From an uncultured delta proteobacterium (GTDB taxonomy: Bacteria; Myxococcota_A; UBA9160; UBA6930), in contig CAWAPH010000036.1 of NCBI GenBank assembly GCA_963783795.1, positions 4,412 through 68,411 of the forward strand: a stretch of 64,000 bases of DNA. Reading direction: 5' to 3'. Within the stretch, counting starts at the first letter, position 1, and each line of letters begins with the position of its first letter. The notes under the pieces are model-generated. The model made no database searches. It had not been told where the DNA came from and saw only the letters and a program-made list of their open reading frames with translations. This document shows positions 25,142 to 34,563 of this stretch, piece by piece. A program made the translations under genes and the position numbers.

Positions 25142-26869
25142 ATGCCCGAGATCACCGTTGGAGAGTTGCTGGTCCGCTGCCTGAAGGCCGAGGGCATCGA
25201 GCTCATCACCGGAATCATCGACGGAGCCCACATCCCGATCGTGGTGCACACCGAGAAGTACGGGATTCGCTACGTGAATGCGCACCACGAGGAGGCCGCC
25301 GTACACATTGCGGAGGGCTACTCGCGCATTTCGCGCAAGCCCGGAGTGGTGATCGGGAACCCGGCCTGCGGCACGGGGAACATGCTGGCCGGCGTGGTGA
25401 GCGCGCACGGGGAAGGCCATCCGATCGTCGCGATCGGGACGCTGCGGCCGGCCATCAAGAGCGACCCGAACCGCGGTGGGGCCTGGCAGTCGGCGGACAC
25501 AGAGAGCATGGCGCGCCCCATCACCAAGTACGCGGCGACAGTGCGCATGTGGGAGAGGCTCCCCGAGATGATGCGCGCCGCCTTCCGGGCGGCGATGACC
25601 GGGCGGCCCGGCCCGTCCTACCTGGCGATCGCGGACGACCTCCTGCTCGAGAAGATCGACGCGGACCGCCTGCCCCCGATCCACGAGGCGGAGCGCTACC
25701 GGGTCACGAACATGGGCGCCGGCGATCCGGCGCTGATCGACCGCGCCGCCGATATGCTCGCGGGGGCGGAGCGGATCTGGCTGCACGCCGGCAAGGGCGT
25801 GCTCTGGGCCGATGGTTCGAAGGAGCTGGTCGCACTTGGCGAGCACCTAGGCGCATGCCTCGGCACGAGCCTCGGCGCACGGGGCGTGGTTCCCGAGGAC
25901 CATCCGCACGCCTTCCATCCCTTCGACATGGGCGGGGCCGGACTGGGCCGCTCCGACGCGGAGGTGGTGCTGGTGGTGGGCGGCCGGCTCGGCGAGTACG
26001 ACGGTTGGGGCGGACCGCCGATGTGGGGCGATCCCGCCGGGCAGAAGACCATCCAGATCGACTCGGATCCGCTGTCGATCGGCCTCAACCGCCCTGTGGA
26101 CCTCGGGATCGTGGCCGACGCCAAGGGGGCGCTCGGCGCGCTGCTCGAGGCGGTGCGCAGCCGGACCGCAGCGCGGAGCGGGCCGCCGAACCTGGCGCGC
26201 TACCGCGAGAAGACCAACGAGACCATGCAGACGGGCATCGCCTACCTCGGAACCGAGTGCACCACGGGCGTGAACCCGGGGCAGATGGTGATGGCGGTGC
26301 GGCAGAAGTTCCCGCCCGAGTCGATCACCGTTCTCGACGGCGGCAACACCACCCTCGCCGGCGTCGCCTTCCACCCGATCCTCTCCTCGCCGAGCTTCCT
26401 CTACTCGGTGAAGATGGGCTATCTGGGAACCGGGCTTCCCTTCGCGATGGGCGCCAAGCTCGCGGCGCCCGGCCGCCCGGTCTGCATGATCACCGGCGAC
26501 GGCGCCTTCGGCTTCAACGTGATGGAGCTCGAGACCGCGGCGCGCGAGAATCTGCCGATCGTCGTGCTGGTCGCAGTGGACGCGGCCTGGGGGATGGAGA
26601 AGACCGCCTACGTGGCTCAGGGCTACGGCTCCTCCGACTGGAAGGGGCGCGGCATCGAGCTGGCGGAGGTCTCCTACGACGCGGTAGCGAAGGGCCTCGG
26701 CTGCCACGGCGAGCGGGTGAAGCGCATGGAGGACCTGGAGCCCGCCCTCGACCGTTCGCTGGCATCGGGCAAGCCGGCCGTGATCCACGTGGAGGTGGAC
26801 CGCGATCTCAACACCAAGCCCCCGGGCTGGGAGCAGTTCCGCGCTGCGAGGAGTACACAGGGTTACTGA
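25142..26869 (+). CDS. thiamine-pyrophosphate-dependent enzyme (acetolactate synthase large-subunit-like)
   Basis: N-terminal 'GIELITGIIDG', 'NPACGTGNMLAGV', and the TPP motif 'GDGAFGFNVMELETAARENLPIVVLVAVDAAWG'. Start moved to the ATG at 25142. Confidence 0.85.
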   Translation: MPEITVGELLVRCLKAEGIELITGIIDGAHIPIVVHTEKYGIRYVNAHHEEAAVHIAEGYSRISRKPGVVIGNPACGTGNMLAGVVSAHGEGHPIVAIGTLRPAIKSDPNRGGAWQSADTESMARPITKYAATVRMWERLPEMMRAAFRAAMTGRPGPSYLAIADDLLLEKIDADRLPPIHEAERYRVTNMGAGDPALIDRAADMLAGAERIWLHAGKGVLWADGSKELVALGEHLGACLGTSLGARGVVPEDHPHAFHPFDMGGAGLGRSDAEVVLVVGGRLGEYDGWGGPPMWGDPAGQKTIQIDSDPLSIGLNRPVDLGIVADAKGALGALLEAVRSRTAARSGPPNLARYREKTNETMQTGIAYLGTECTTGVNPGQMVMAVRQKFPPESITVLDGGNTTLAGVAFHPILSSPSFLYSVKMGYLGTGLPFAMGAKLAAPGRPVCMITGDGAFGFNVMELETAARENLPIVVLVAVDAAWGMEKTAYVAQGYGSSDWKGRGIELAEVSYDAVAKGLGCHGERVKRMEDLEPALDRSLASGKPAVIHVEVDRDLNTKPPGWEQFRAARSTQGY

Positions 26870-26894
26870 GCCGACCAGCTGCTGAAGGTGTCTC

Positions 26895-27587
26895 ATGCTC
26901 GAGCCGAGTTCCGAGTTTCTGGCTCCCACTGCCATCCTCGACAGTGACCATCCCAGCGTCGCGGCCTACAGCGAGAAGTGCCTTCGCGGAGTGGCCGACG
27001 ACCCGGTCTCCCGGGCCGTGGCCCTCTTCTACGCCGTGCGCGACGGCATCTGGTACGACCCCTATTCGCCCTTCTACCTGCCGGAGCACTACCGGGCGAG
27101 CTTCGTCCTTGAACGGGGCCGGGGGTACTGCGTCTGCAAGGCCGCCCTGCTCTGTGCGCTGGGGCGGGGCGCCAGCGTGCCCTCCCGGCTGGGCTTCGCC
27201 ACGGTGCGGAATCACCTGGCCACACGGCAGCTGATCGAGTTCATGGGCTCCGACCTCTTCGTCTATCACGGCTACACCGAGTTCCACCTGGACGGCAAAT
27301 GGGTGAAGGCGACCCCCGCCTTCAACGTCGAGCTCTGCGACCGCTTCGGCGTCGCACCACTCGAGTTCGACGGGAAGTCCGACGCCCTCCTCCACGCCTT
27401 CAACTCCGAGAACCAGCCCTTCATGGAGTACATGCAGGAGCACGGGACGTTCGCCGACGTGCCGCTGGCGGAGATCCTGGCCGCCTGGGAGGAGACCTAC
27501 GGAAGGGACCGGGTCCGGGAGTGGATCGCCCGTTACGAAGAGGCCGGCGCCAGCGGACGCGACTTCGACAGCGAAGAGGTGATCTGA
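26895..27587 (+). CDS. transglutaminase-like cysteine-protease-fold protein
   Basis: 'GRGYCVCKAALLCALGRGASVPSRL' (nucleophile Cys) and 'YHGYTEFHLDGKWVKATP' (His). Confidence 0.7.
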   Translation: MLEPSSEFLAPTAILDSDHPSVAAYSEKCLRGVADDPVSRAVALFYAVRDGIWYDPYSPFYLPEHYRASFVLERGRGYCVCKAALLCALGRGASVPSRLGFATVRNHLATRQLIEFMGSDLFVYHGYTEFHLDGKWVKATPAFNVELCDRFGVAPLEFDGKSDALLHAFNSENQPFMEYMQEHGTFADVPLAEILAAWEETYGRDRVREWIARYEEAGASGRDFDSEEVI

Positions 27588-27707
27588 ACCAGTACCCATG
27601 GAACCATCTGCTCGACGATTCGGTCAAGTGGAGAATTGTGGGCTCCTTCACCCGAACCGAGCCCGCCCCCGGCGAAGGGGGTGAACCACCGACGCAAAGA
27701 GGCGACC

Positions 27708-28199
27708 ATGCCCACCACGCCCGACGCCGCAGCCAGGCTTCAGATCCTCGAAGACATCGAATCGATCCGCAAGCTGAAGGCCTCGTACTGCTATCTCGTG
27801 GACGCCGCCATCGCCGGTGATCTCGGTAAGTGGGACGAGTTCATGACTCACTTCGTCGACGATGCATGGATCGATTTCGAAGGATTCGGACGTCACGAAG
27901 GCAAGGAGGCCGTTGGCCGGTTCTACAGGGATCTGGTCGGCTCGTCCCTCTCGTATTCGGCGCACATGGTCAGCAATCCCCTCATCGAAGTGGATGGCTC
28001 GAACGCCAGGGGAAGCTGGTACGTCCACGTGCCCGTCACCATCCGGCCCAGGAACGAGGCGGCGTGGCTGCAGGGGAAGTACCAGGAGGAGTACCTGAAG
28101 GTGGACGGCCAGTGGAAATGGAAGTCGATCGTGACCACGTTCGATTTCATCACGCCGTACGATCAGGGTTGGGTTCAGACCCGGATCGCCGCGCTCTAG
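27708..28199 (+). CDS. SnoaL-like / NTF2-fold protein
   Basis: 'LQILEDIESIRKLKASYCYLVD' opening helix, about 160 aa, ending 'GKYQEEYLKVDGQWKWKS'. Start moved to the ATG at 27708. Confidence 0.65.
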   Translation: MPTTPDAAARLQILEDIESIRKLKASYCYLVDAAIAGDLGKWDEFMTHFVDDAWIDFEGFGRHEGKEAVGRFYRDLVGSSLSYSAHMVSNPLIEVDGSNARGSWYVHVPVTIRPRNEAAWLQGKYQEEYLKVDGQWKWKSIVTTFDFITPYDQGWVQTRIAAL

Positions 28200-28202
28200 C
28201 TC

Positions 28203-31200
28203 TCAGTTCGAGGCGGGCGCGCCGAGGTCCACCTGCACCTCTTCGCTCTCTCTCCATCCGTAGCGGACGGCCTTGGCGGTGAGAGTCCCGCCCTCGGGAA
28301 GCTCGAGAGCCTCGCTGTAGAGGCGCCAGTGGCCGCCGCCCAGGCGATATCCGAGGGACGCTCCGGGTTCACTGCAGTCGAGGGCGACCCGCACTCGTCC
28401 GGTGCCGACGTCCTTCACCCTCGCGGATGGCGGCGGCGTGATGGGCTCGACGCCGCCTGGCCAGAAGAGCTCGGCCAGCTCGGCCTCGGGAATCGCGCCC
28501 CGGTCTTCGGTCGCTGCAAGCCAGGCGTCGAGTGCGTCCCGCATCCGGTCGAGCGTGGGAGCGTGGGCCGGATCCTCGGCTAGATTGACGAGCTCGTGAG
28601 GGTCGTCCCGGGTGTCGTAGAGCTCTTCGCGCGAGCGGGGCTCGAACCAGCGCGCCGCCGCGGCATCGAGGGAGCCGCTCTCCCAGAACGACCACAGCTC
28701 TTCCATGCTGTCCAGGTTCTGGCGATAGGCGATGCGTGTTGCCCCCGGCTCCTGCGGGTGGTAGTTGCGAATGTATTTGAAGCGGCGATCGCGAACGGCG
28801 CGCTGGCGATCGGGGAATTCGTCCATCCGGTCCTTGGCCGCGTAGATGTACTCGCGCAAGCCCGCCGGGTCGTCGGCGGTGAAGTCGCGACCCACCATGT
28901 AGTCCGGCGCGCGAATCCCCGCCATCGCGAGAATGGTCGGAGCCAGGTCCACGAAGCTCACCAGGCGGGGATCCTCGCCGCCTGCCTTCAAGGCGGCCGG
29001 CCGGAGCGCGTCGGGCCAGCGCACGATCATCGGAACACGGATTCCCGAGTCGAAGACCTCGCGCTTGGCCCGGGGAAGGCCGTCGCCGTGGTCGGTCGTC
29101 CAGATCACGATGGTGGAGTCCGAGAGCCCATCCCGGTCGAGCGCCTCCAGCAGCGCGCCTACCTCTTCGTCCATCTTGTGAATGTTGTTGTAGTGCCGGG
29201 CGATGTCGCGGCGCACCGTGGGCGTGTCGGGATAGTAGGGCGGTACCGGGACGTCCCGTGCAGCGACCACGTCGTGATGGCCCCAGAAGGTGATCCGGTA
29301 GATCAGCTGGAAAAGGAGGTGGGTGCCGCTCTTCGGGAATCCGGTGCGGGGGAAGACGCCGCTCTCGTGGGTCGAGTGGAAATTGACGAGCCCGAAGAAG
29401 GGCTGGTCGGGCTCCCGCTCCCGCCAGTCTGCGCGAAATCGACCCTCGCGATCCCAGATCGTGAAAGGGCCGGAGCCCGGCCAGATCTTGCTGAACTGAT
29501 AGTCGAGCTTGAGTTGGGTGAAGGTGTGATAGCCCGCAGCGCGGAGCAGCTCCGGATAGGCCTTCACCTCCGGCGGGGGCACGGCTCGGTAGCCGCCCTG
29601 GAAGCTCCGCATGTGCTGTGCTCCCAGTGCCATCTGGTGCACACCGGTGATGTGTGCGGCGCGGCTCGGGGCGCAGACCCCCGCGGTGGTGAAGGTGTTG
29701 GGATACCGCACGCCTTCGCTGGCCAGCCGGTCGATGTGGGGAGTCACGGCCAGCGGGTCGCCGAAAGCACCGACCCGCGGCCCCATGTCCTCCGCCATCA
29801 ATACCAGGATGTTGGGAGGTTCTGGACCCGGGTCGGCCTCGCTCGCCTCCGTGTCGAGGCCGACAGCTTTCGGCGCCCGCCGCGCCCGCACCTTCTGCTC
29901 GAAGCTGAAGGCGGCCCGGAGAAGCGCGCGCTCGCCGAGGAAGCCGCCGATGAAGCTCAGGCCCACCGGCTCGCCGGACTCGCGGTAGCCCGCCGGCACG
30001 CTCACCGCCGGATAGCCGGCCGGGGGGTAGCTCACGAAGAAGGACGAGCCCATCGCGACCAGCATCTCCAGGTCGCGATCGGCCAGCATGCCGTCGATCC
30101 ACTCGCGGGCGCGGGAGACGCTTCGAGCGCTGGCTTCGCGGTACTCCGCATCCGTGGCGCTGCTCGCCTGGGCGGCGCCCAGCATGTCCTGACCGAACGG
30201 TGCACGCTCACCCGGGTCTTCCGCGTTGAAGGCGATCACCTCCGCCAGCGACCTCACCGGCGCCTTCATGGCATCGAGAAACTTGCCGACGCCGCGGGGG
30301 AAGTCGCGGTTCGCGAGCACGAAGAAGTCGTCCCGGAAAGGCTTGAGGTCGAGGAGTGAGATGGGCGGAAGCTCGACCAGCTCCGCGCCGCACTGCTCCA
30401 GCACCTCCAACGCCCCGTGCAGCATCTCGTCGTCGTAGCCGCGCAGGCGGACCACGCCGACGCGCCTGTCCCTCAGGCCATCCTCATCCAGAACTCCCCG
30501 GTAGGAGGTCCCGACCCGCAAGACTCGCAAGGTCGTGGGATCGTTCGCGTCCTCCCCTGAGAGCGCGTCGAGCAGAATCGCGGCGTCCGTCACGTTGCGC
30601 GTCATCGGACCGGCGGTGTCCTGCGCATCCACCATGGGGATGATTCCGTGACGGCTCACCAGCCCCACGGTGGGCTTGACGGCCACGACGCTGTTCTGGG
30701 ACGCGGGAGAGATGAGCGAGCCCCATGTCTCGGTTCCGACGGCTGCGGTGACGAAGCTCGCGGCCACCGCCACCGCCGATCCCGAGCTCGAGCCGCTGAC
30801 GTCGAACTCGCCGTACGGATTTCGCACCTGGCCACCCACGGAGCTGAACCCGTTCGGGAGCGTGCTCGACATGTAGTTGGCCCACTCGCTGAGCGCGCTC
30901 TTGCCGAGGACGACCGCGCCGGCCTCGCGTAGACGCCGCACCAGGAAGGCATCGCGATCCGTCCGGAGCCCCTCCAGGGCCTTCGCGCCCGCCGTGGTGT
31001 GCAGGGCGCCTCCGGTGGCGATGTTGTCCTTCACGAGGACGGGGATGCCGTGCATGAGACCCCGTGCGCCACCTCGAGCGCGCTCCGCGTCCAGTGCTCT
31101 CGCAGTCTCGGCCGCGTCCGGATCGAGCTCGGTCACGCTGCGGAGCTGGCCATCGTACTTCCGGATGCGGCGGAGGTAGTAGAGGACGAGCTCCTCGGAG

Positions 31201-31499
31201 CTGAGCCGGCCGCGCTCGAAGAAGCCCTGGATCTCGACGATGTCCGCACCCCCGAGCAGGGCGTCGAGCTCGCGCACGCGCGCCTCCCCCAGCTGCGCGA
31301 TCCCCGCTTCGAAAGGCGAGAAGTCCAGCTCGCGCCGGCCGCTGTAGCTGGCGGGAGTCTCGAGCTGCCGCGCGAGGTCCTCCCGCTCGGGCTGACGGAC
31401 GAATCGATCCACCAGGGCGCGGTCCACCAGGCCAGTGTACCAGGCGACCCCCGCCAGGGCGGCCAGTGCCAGCAGCGCGACCGCGGCGGCCCGCTTCAT
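28203..31499 (-). CDS. fusion protein: amidase-signature amidase + formylglycine-type sulfatase (+ C-terminal beta-sandwich)
   Basis: One uninterrupted 1098-codon ORF. N-terminal signal/anchor. Amidase motifs 'IPVLVKDNI' and 'VSGSSSGSAVAVAA'. From about residue 575 a sulfatase domain with 'NILVLMAEDMG' and 'CAPSRAAHITG' (C-x-P-x-R). Confidence 0.85.
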   Translation of the reverse strand: MKRAAAVALLALAALAGVAWYTGLVDRALVDRFVRQPEREDLARQLETPASYSGRRELDFSPFEAGIAQLGEARVRELDALLGGADIVEIQGFFERGRLSSEELVLYYLRRIRKYDGQLRSVTELDPDAAETARALDAERARGGARGLMHGIPVLVKDNIATGGALHTTAGAKALEGLRTDRDAFLVRRLREAGAVVLGKSALSEWANYMSSTLPNGFSSVGGQVRNPYGEFDVSGSSSGSAVAVAASFVTAAVGTETWGSLISPASQNSVVAVKPTVGLVSRHGIIPMVDAQDTAGPMTRNVTDAAILLDALSGEDANDPTTLRVLRVGTSYRGVLDEDGLRDRRVGVVRLRGYDDEMLHGALEVLEQCGAELVELPPISLLDLKPFRDDFFVLANRDFPRGVGKFLDAMKAPVRSLAEVIAFNAEDPGERAPFGQDMLGAAQASSATDAEYREASARSVSRAREWIDGMLADRDLEMLVAMGSSFFVSYPPAGYPAVSVPAGYRESGEPVGLSFIGGFLGERALLRAAFSFEQKVRARRAPKAVGLDTEASEADPGPEPPNILVLMAEDMGPRVGAFGDPLAVTPHIDRLASEGVRYPNTFTTAGVCAPSRAAHITGVHQMALGAQHMRSFQGGYRAVPPPEVKAYPELLRAAGYHTFTQLKLDYQFSKIWPGSGPFTIWDREGRFRADWREREPDQPFFGLVNFHSTHESGVFPRTGFPKSGTHLLFQLIYRITFWGHHDVVAARDVPVPPYYPDTPTVRRDIARHYNNIHKMDEEVGALLEALDRDGLSDSTIVIWTTDHGDGLPRAKREVFDSGIRVPMIVRWPDALRPAALKAGGEDPRLVSFVDLAPTILAMAGIRAPDYMVGRDFTADDPAGLREYIYAAKDRMDEFPDRQRAVRDRRFKYIRNYHPQEPGATRIAYRQNLDSMEELWSFWESGSLDAAAARWFEPRSREELYDTRDDPHELVNLAEDPAHAPTLDRMRDALDAWLAATEDRGAIPEAELAELFWPGGVEPITPPPSARVKDVGTGRVRVALDCSEPGASLGYRLGGGHWRLYSEALELPEGGTLTAKAVRYGWRESEEVQVDLGAPASN

Positions 31500-31576
31500 G
31501 GGCGACTACTCCAACAGCCCGTCGGGTCTCCTCCGCAACCCGGTCGGCCCCCGCTCGGTCTCCTCGGCTGCCTCGA

Positions 31577-34450
31577 TCAGACGTGCCCCCGCACCCTCTC
31601 CACCTCGATGGCCACCTCCTTGGGAGTGTTGTTCATGGAGAGATAGTGACCCCGGTACTGCAGGTGCCCGTAGTCGCCCACCATGTTGTTGGGCTTGAGC
31701 GAGGCGGGCAGCACGTCGTTCTGCACCGCGCCATCCGGGAACTGGTAGCCCTCCCAGGCGTGGTAGCAAATCACCTCCCCCGGCTGGACGACCGGTGAGA
31801 CCTTCGCGTGCAGCACGAACTCCCCCACGTCGTTGTAGACGCGAATCCGGTCGTGGTCGGATATCCCCCGCTCGCGGGCATCCACCTGGCTCATGTAGGC
31901 CACCGGCCCGCCCCGCTGCAGGCGCAGCATCTGCTGGTTGGCGCGCATGATGGAGTGCTGGCTCCAGCGGGCGTGACCCCCGTTCAGGCGCAGCGGGTAG
32001 GGCCCACCCGCTGCGACCGGCTCCTTGTGCGTGGTCAGCTGCTCGCCCACCTCCAGGTACCACTCGTGGTCGATGTAGAACTGCTGGCGGCCCGTCAGCG
32101 TCGGCCACGGGTTCTTCTGCTTGTGGAACCAGCCGAACTGGGTGATCGGCTCGCTGTAGTCGAAGTCGCTCATCACCGAGTTGAGCCCCAGGGCCAGAAA
32201 CAGGCCCGGGATCGCCTCGATCTTGACCATTCCGTCTTCGACGGCTTTCTTCCACGGCTGCTCGCCGAGGTCGGTGGCCCGGGTGATCGGCGAGTTCTGC
32301 ATGATGTAGTCGAGTGCCTTGACCTCGCCCTTCTCGCCCTCCGTGTACGCGCCGTTCGCGGTGAGCTGCTCGTAGAGATTCGAGAGCGTGTGCGTGCTGC
32401 CGTTGATGTCGGTGCAGTCCTCGATGCCCCTCGCCCTGGCCCGCTCCTGGATCTTCCTGGCCAGGCCGAGCACGACGTCCCACTCGTGCTTGGACTCGTA
32501 CAGCGGCTGCACGGCGCGGTCGCCCACCACCACGTAGGGGATGTAGGAGATCACGTACTTGATGCCCGGCTTCTCGTAGTAGCCGGCGGCGGGAAGGATG
32601 TAGTCCGACCACATCCCCGAGGTCGACATCCGGAAGTCGCAGGTCACGATGGTGTCGATGCTCTTCCAGAGGCTGTCCCGGATCGTCCGCGGGTTGGGCC
32701 AGCGGCGAAGCGGGTTGGGGCCCGAGTAGTAGAGGAACTTGGGACGCTTGGGAGGTTTCGGATGGACGGGCTGCCACTCATTCTCGAAGACATCCTTCAT
32801 GTACTCGGCGACCGGGCGCGGCAGCGCCGGATCCGCATACGCGTCCGTGGCAGCCGTCTCGGCGAACTTCGGGTCGTGCGCGTAGAGCCAGGGGATCAGC
32901 GGCACCAGCCGCCTGTGCTGCTTGGTCATCGCGAACATGAACTTCGCGATGTCCTGCATCTGGGGGCGGTCCATCGGATCCGGCTCGCGCGGCTCGGTGG
33001 CCATCCCTCCATCCATGTTGAACAGCGAGAAGCCCGGGAAGGGCCACCAGGTCGACACCTTGATCCCCGAGCCGGGCTTGCCTCCGCTGTTTCCCGTCAG
33101 AGCCATCAGGTAGACCATTCCGCGCTGGAACAGGTCCGAGTGGTAGTGCTTGCAGGCGCCCCAGGAGGAGAAGATCATCGCGGAACCGGCCTTCGCCAGC
33201 TCCCGAGCCACCACGCGCATGTTCTTGGCCGGGACGCCGGTGATCTCCGCGGCGCGCTCGGGCGTGTACTCCGCCAGATGGGCGCGCAGGAACTCGAACA
33301 CCGGACGCACGCGCACTCGCGTTCCGTCGAGCAGACGCACCCTGTGGGATCCCTCCAGCTCCGGGTCGGTATCGTCGTCGAGGGCGATGCTCATCACCTC
33401 GGAGCCCCAGGTCCCGTTCGCCAGCTGCCTCTTGCCCGTTGCGGCGTTCCAGAAGTAGAACTGGTCGTCCGCTCCACCCTCTTCGAGGTCGCTTTCGCGG
33501 AGGAAGCGGCCGTTGTCCTCCCGCACCAGGAAGGGAAGATCCGTCTGCTCCTTCACGTACTCGGCGTCGTAGAGGCTCTCCTCGACGAGCACGTGCGCCA
33601 TGCCCAGCGCCAGGGCGGCATCCGTACCCTGGCGCGGATTGAGCCAGCGGTCCGCGTGGAGCGTCGAGGGGCTGAAGTCGGGGGCCACCGTCACCACCTT
33701 GGCTCCCCGGTAGCGCGCCTCGTAGAGGAAGTGGGCATCGGGCTGCCGCGTGTAGTTCGGGTTGGCGAGCCAGATGAAGATGTAGTCCGAGAGGAACCAG
33801 TCGTCGGAGGTCCCCTCGCTCATGTAGGTGCCCCAGCTCTGGATCAGACCCACCGGCAGGTCACCGACTCCCGCCCAGTTGTCGATGGTGATCGCCCCGA
33901 GGCAGGCCATGAACAGGTGCATCTCCATCACCGAGCCGATGCCGGCGTCGATGTTGGTGGTGCCCGAGTCGTAGATGACGCAGTCGGCGCCGTCTTCGAC
34001 GATGACGTCCAGGAGCTTGTCGGCGACCTCCTCGAAGGCCTGATCCCAGCTCAGCCGCTGCCAGCGGCCCGAGCCGCGTTCGCCGACGCGCTTCATCGGG
34101 TACCGGATACGCGTCGGATCGTACATCTGCGCTGCGTACGCGCAGCCCGGGCCACAGCCCCTCGGGTTGAAGTCCGGGATGTCCTTGAACTCCTGCGGGT
34201 AGTTCGCGTTCTGCTCCTCGCGCCAGACGATCCCGTCCTTCACGTAGGCATCGTACGAACAGCTCTCGATACAGTTCACCCGCAGGTGCGACACCTTGAC
34301 CACGTCGTCCCAGGTCCACTCCTCGCGGTAGACGTCCTCCCAGCCCCGATACTCATATGGCTGGGACATCAGCTTCTTGAGGCGCGCCTGGGGATCGATC
34401 GGCTTGAAGCGACGCAGGGCCGGAGTGGACGAGACAGCGGATTGGGACAC
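31577..34450 (-). CDS. molybdopterin oxidoreductase, NarG/EbdA-like (type II DMSO reductase family) catalytic subunit
   Basis: 957 aa. N-terminal 'WDDVVKVSHLRVNCIESCSYDAYVKDGIVWREEQNANYP...NPRGCGPGC...RIRYPMKR' parallels the NarG FS0 region. C-terminus 'DHDRIRVYNDVGEFVLHAKVSPVVQPGEVICYHAWE...LKPNNMVGDYGHLQY'. An RR dipeptide ('ALRRFKP') is present but no hydrophobic h-region. Confidence 0.85.
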   Translation of the reverse strand: MSQSAVSSTPALRRFKPIDPQARLKKLMSQPYEYRGWEDVYREEWTWDDVVKVSHLRVNCIESCSYDAYVKDGIVWREEQNANYPQEFKDIPDFNPRGCGPGCAYAAQMYDPTRIRYPMKRVGERGSGRWQRLSWDQAFEEVADKLLDVIVEDGADCVIYDSGTTNIDAGIGSVMEMHLFMACLGAITIDNWAGVGDLPVGLIQSWGTYMSEGTSDDWFLSDYIFIWLANPNYTRQPDAHFLYEARYRGAKVVTVAPDFSPSTLHADRWLNPRQGTDAALALGMAHVLVEESLYDAEYVKEQTDLPFLVREDNGRFLRESDLEEGGADDQFYFWNAATGKRQLANGTWGSEVMSIALDDDTDPELEGSHRVRLLDGTRVRVRPVFEFLRAHLAEYTPERAAEITGVPAKNMRVVARELAKAGSAMIFSSWGACKHYHSDLFQRGMVYLMALTGNSGGKPGSGIKVSTWWPFPGFSLFNMDGGMATEPREPDPMDRPQMQDIAKFMFAMTKQHRRLVPLIPWLYAHDPKFAETAATDAYADPALPRPVAEYMKDVFENEWQPVHPKPPKRPKFLYYSGPNPLRRWPNPRTIRDSLWKSIDTIVTCDFRMSTSGMWSDYILPAAGYYEKPGIKYVISYIPYVVVGDRAVQPLYESKHEWDVVLGLARKIQERARARGIEDCTDINGSTHTLSNLYEQLTANGAYTEGEKGEVKALDYIMQNSPITRATDLGEQPWKKAVEDGMVKIEAIPGLFLALGLNSVMSDFDYSEPITQFGWFHKQKNPWPTLTGRQQFYIDHEWYLEVGEQLTTHKEPVAAGGPYPLRLNGGHARWSQHSIMRANQQMLRLQRGGPVAYMSQVDARERGISDHDRIRVYNDVGEFVLHAKVSPVVQPGEVICYHAWEGYQFPDGAVQNDVLPASLKPNNMVGDYGHLQYRGHYLSMNNTPKEVAIEVERVRGHV

Positions 34451-34563
34451 GGCGAGCCTCCCTATGCAGGGCCTTCACCACAGCAGGATCAGACGGATCC
34501 CCAGGATAACCGAGCGGGATCCGCGACGCCGGCTTCGGCCAGGCCCGCAGGGAGGAGGCCCGT

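Noticed and set aside
34330-34450. A twin-arginine export signal on the NarG-like enzyme ('ALRRFKP').
   Set aside because: No hydrophobic h-region or signal-peptidase site follows. It looks like a vestigial Tat motif, so the protein is probably cytoplasmic.
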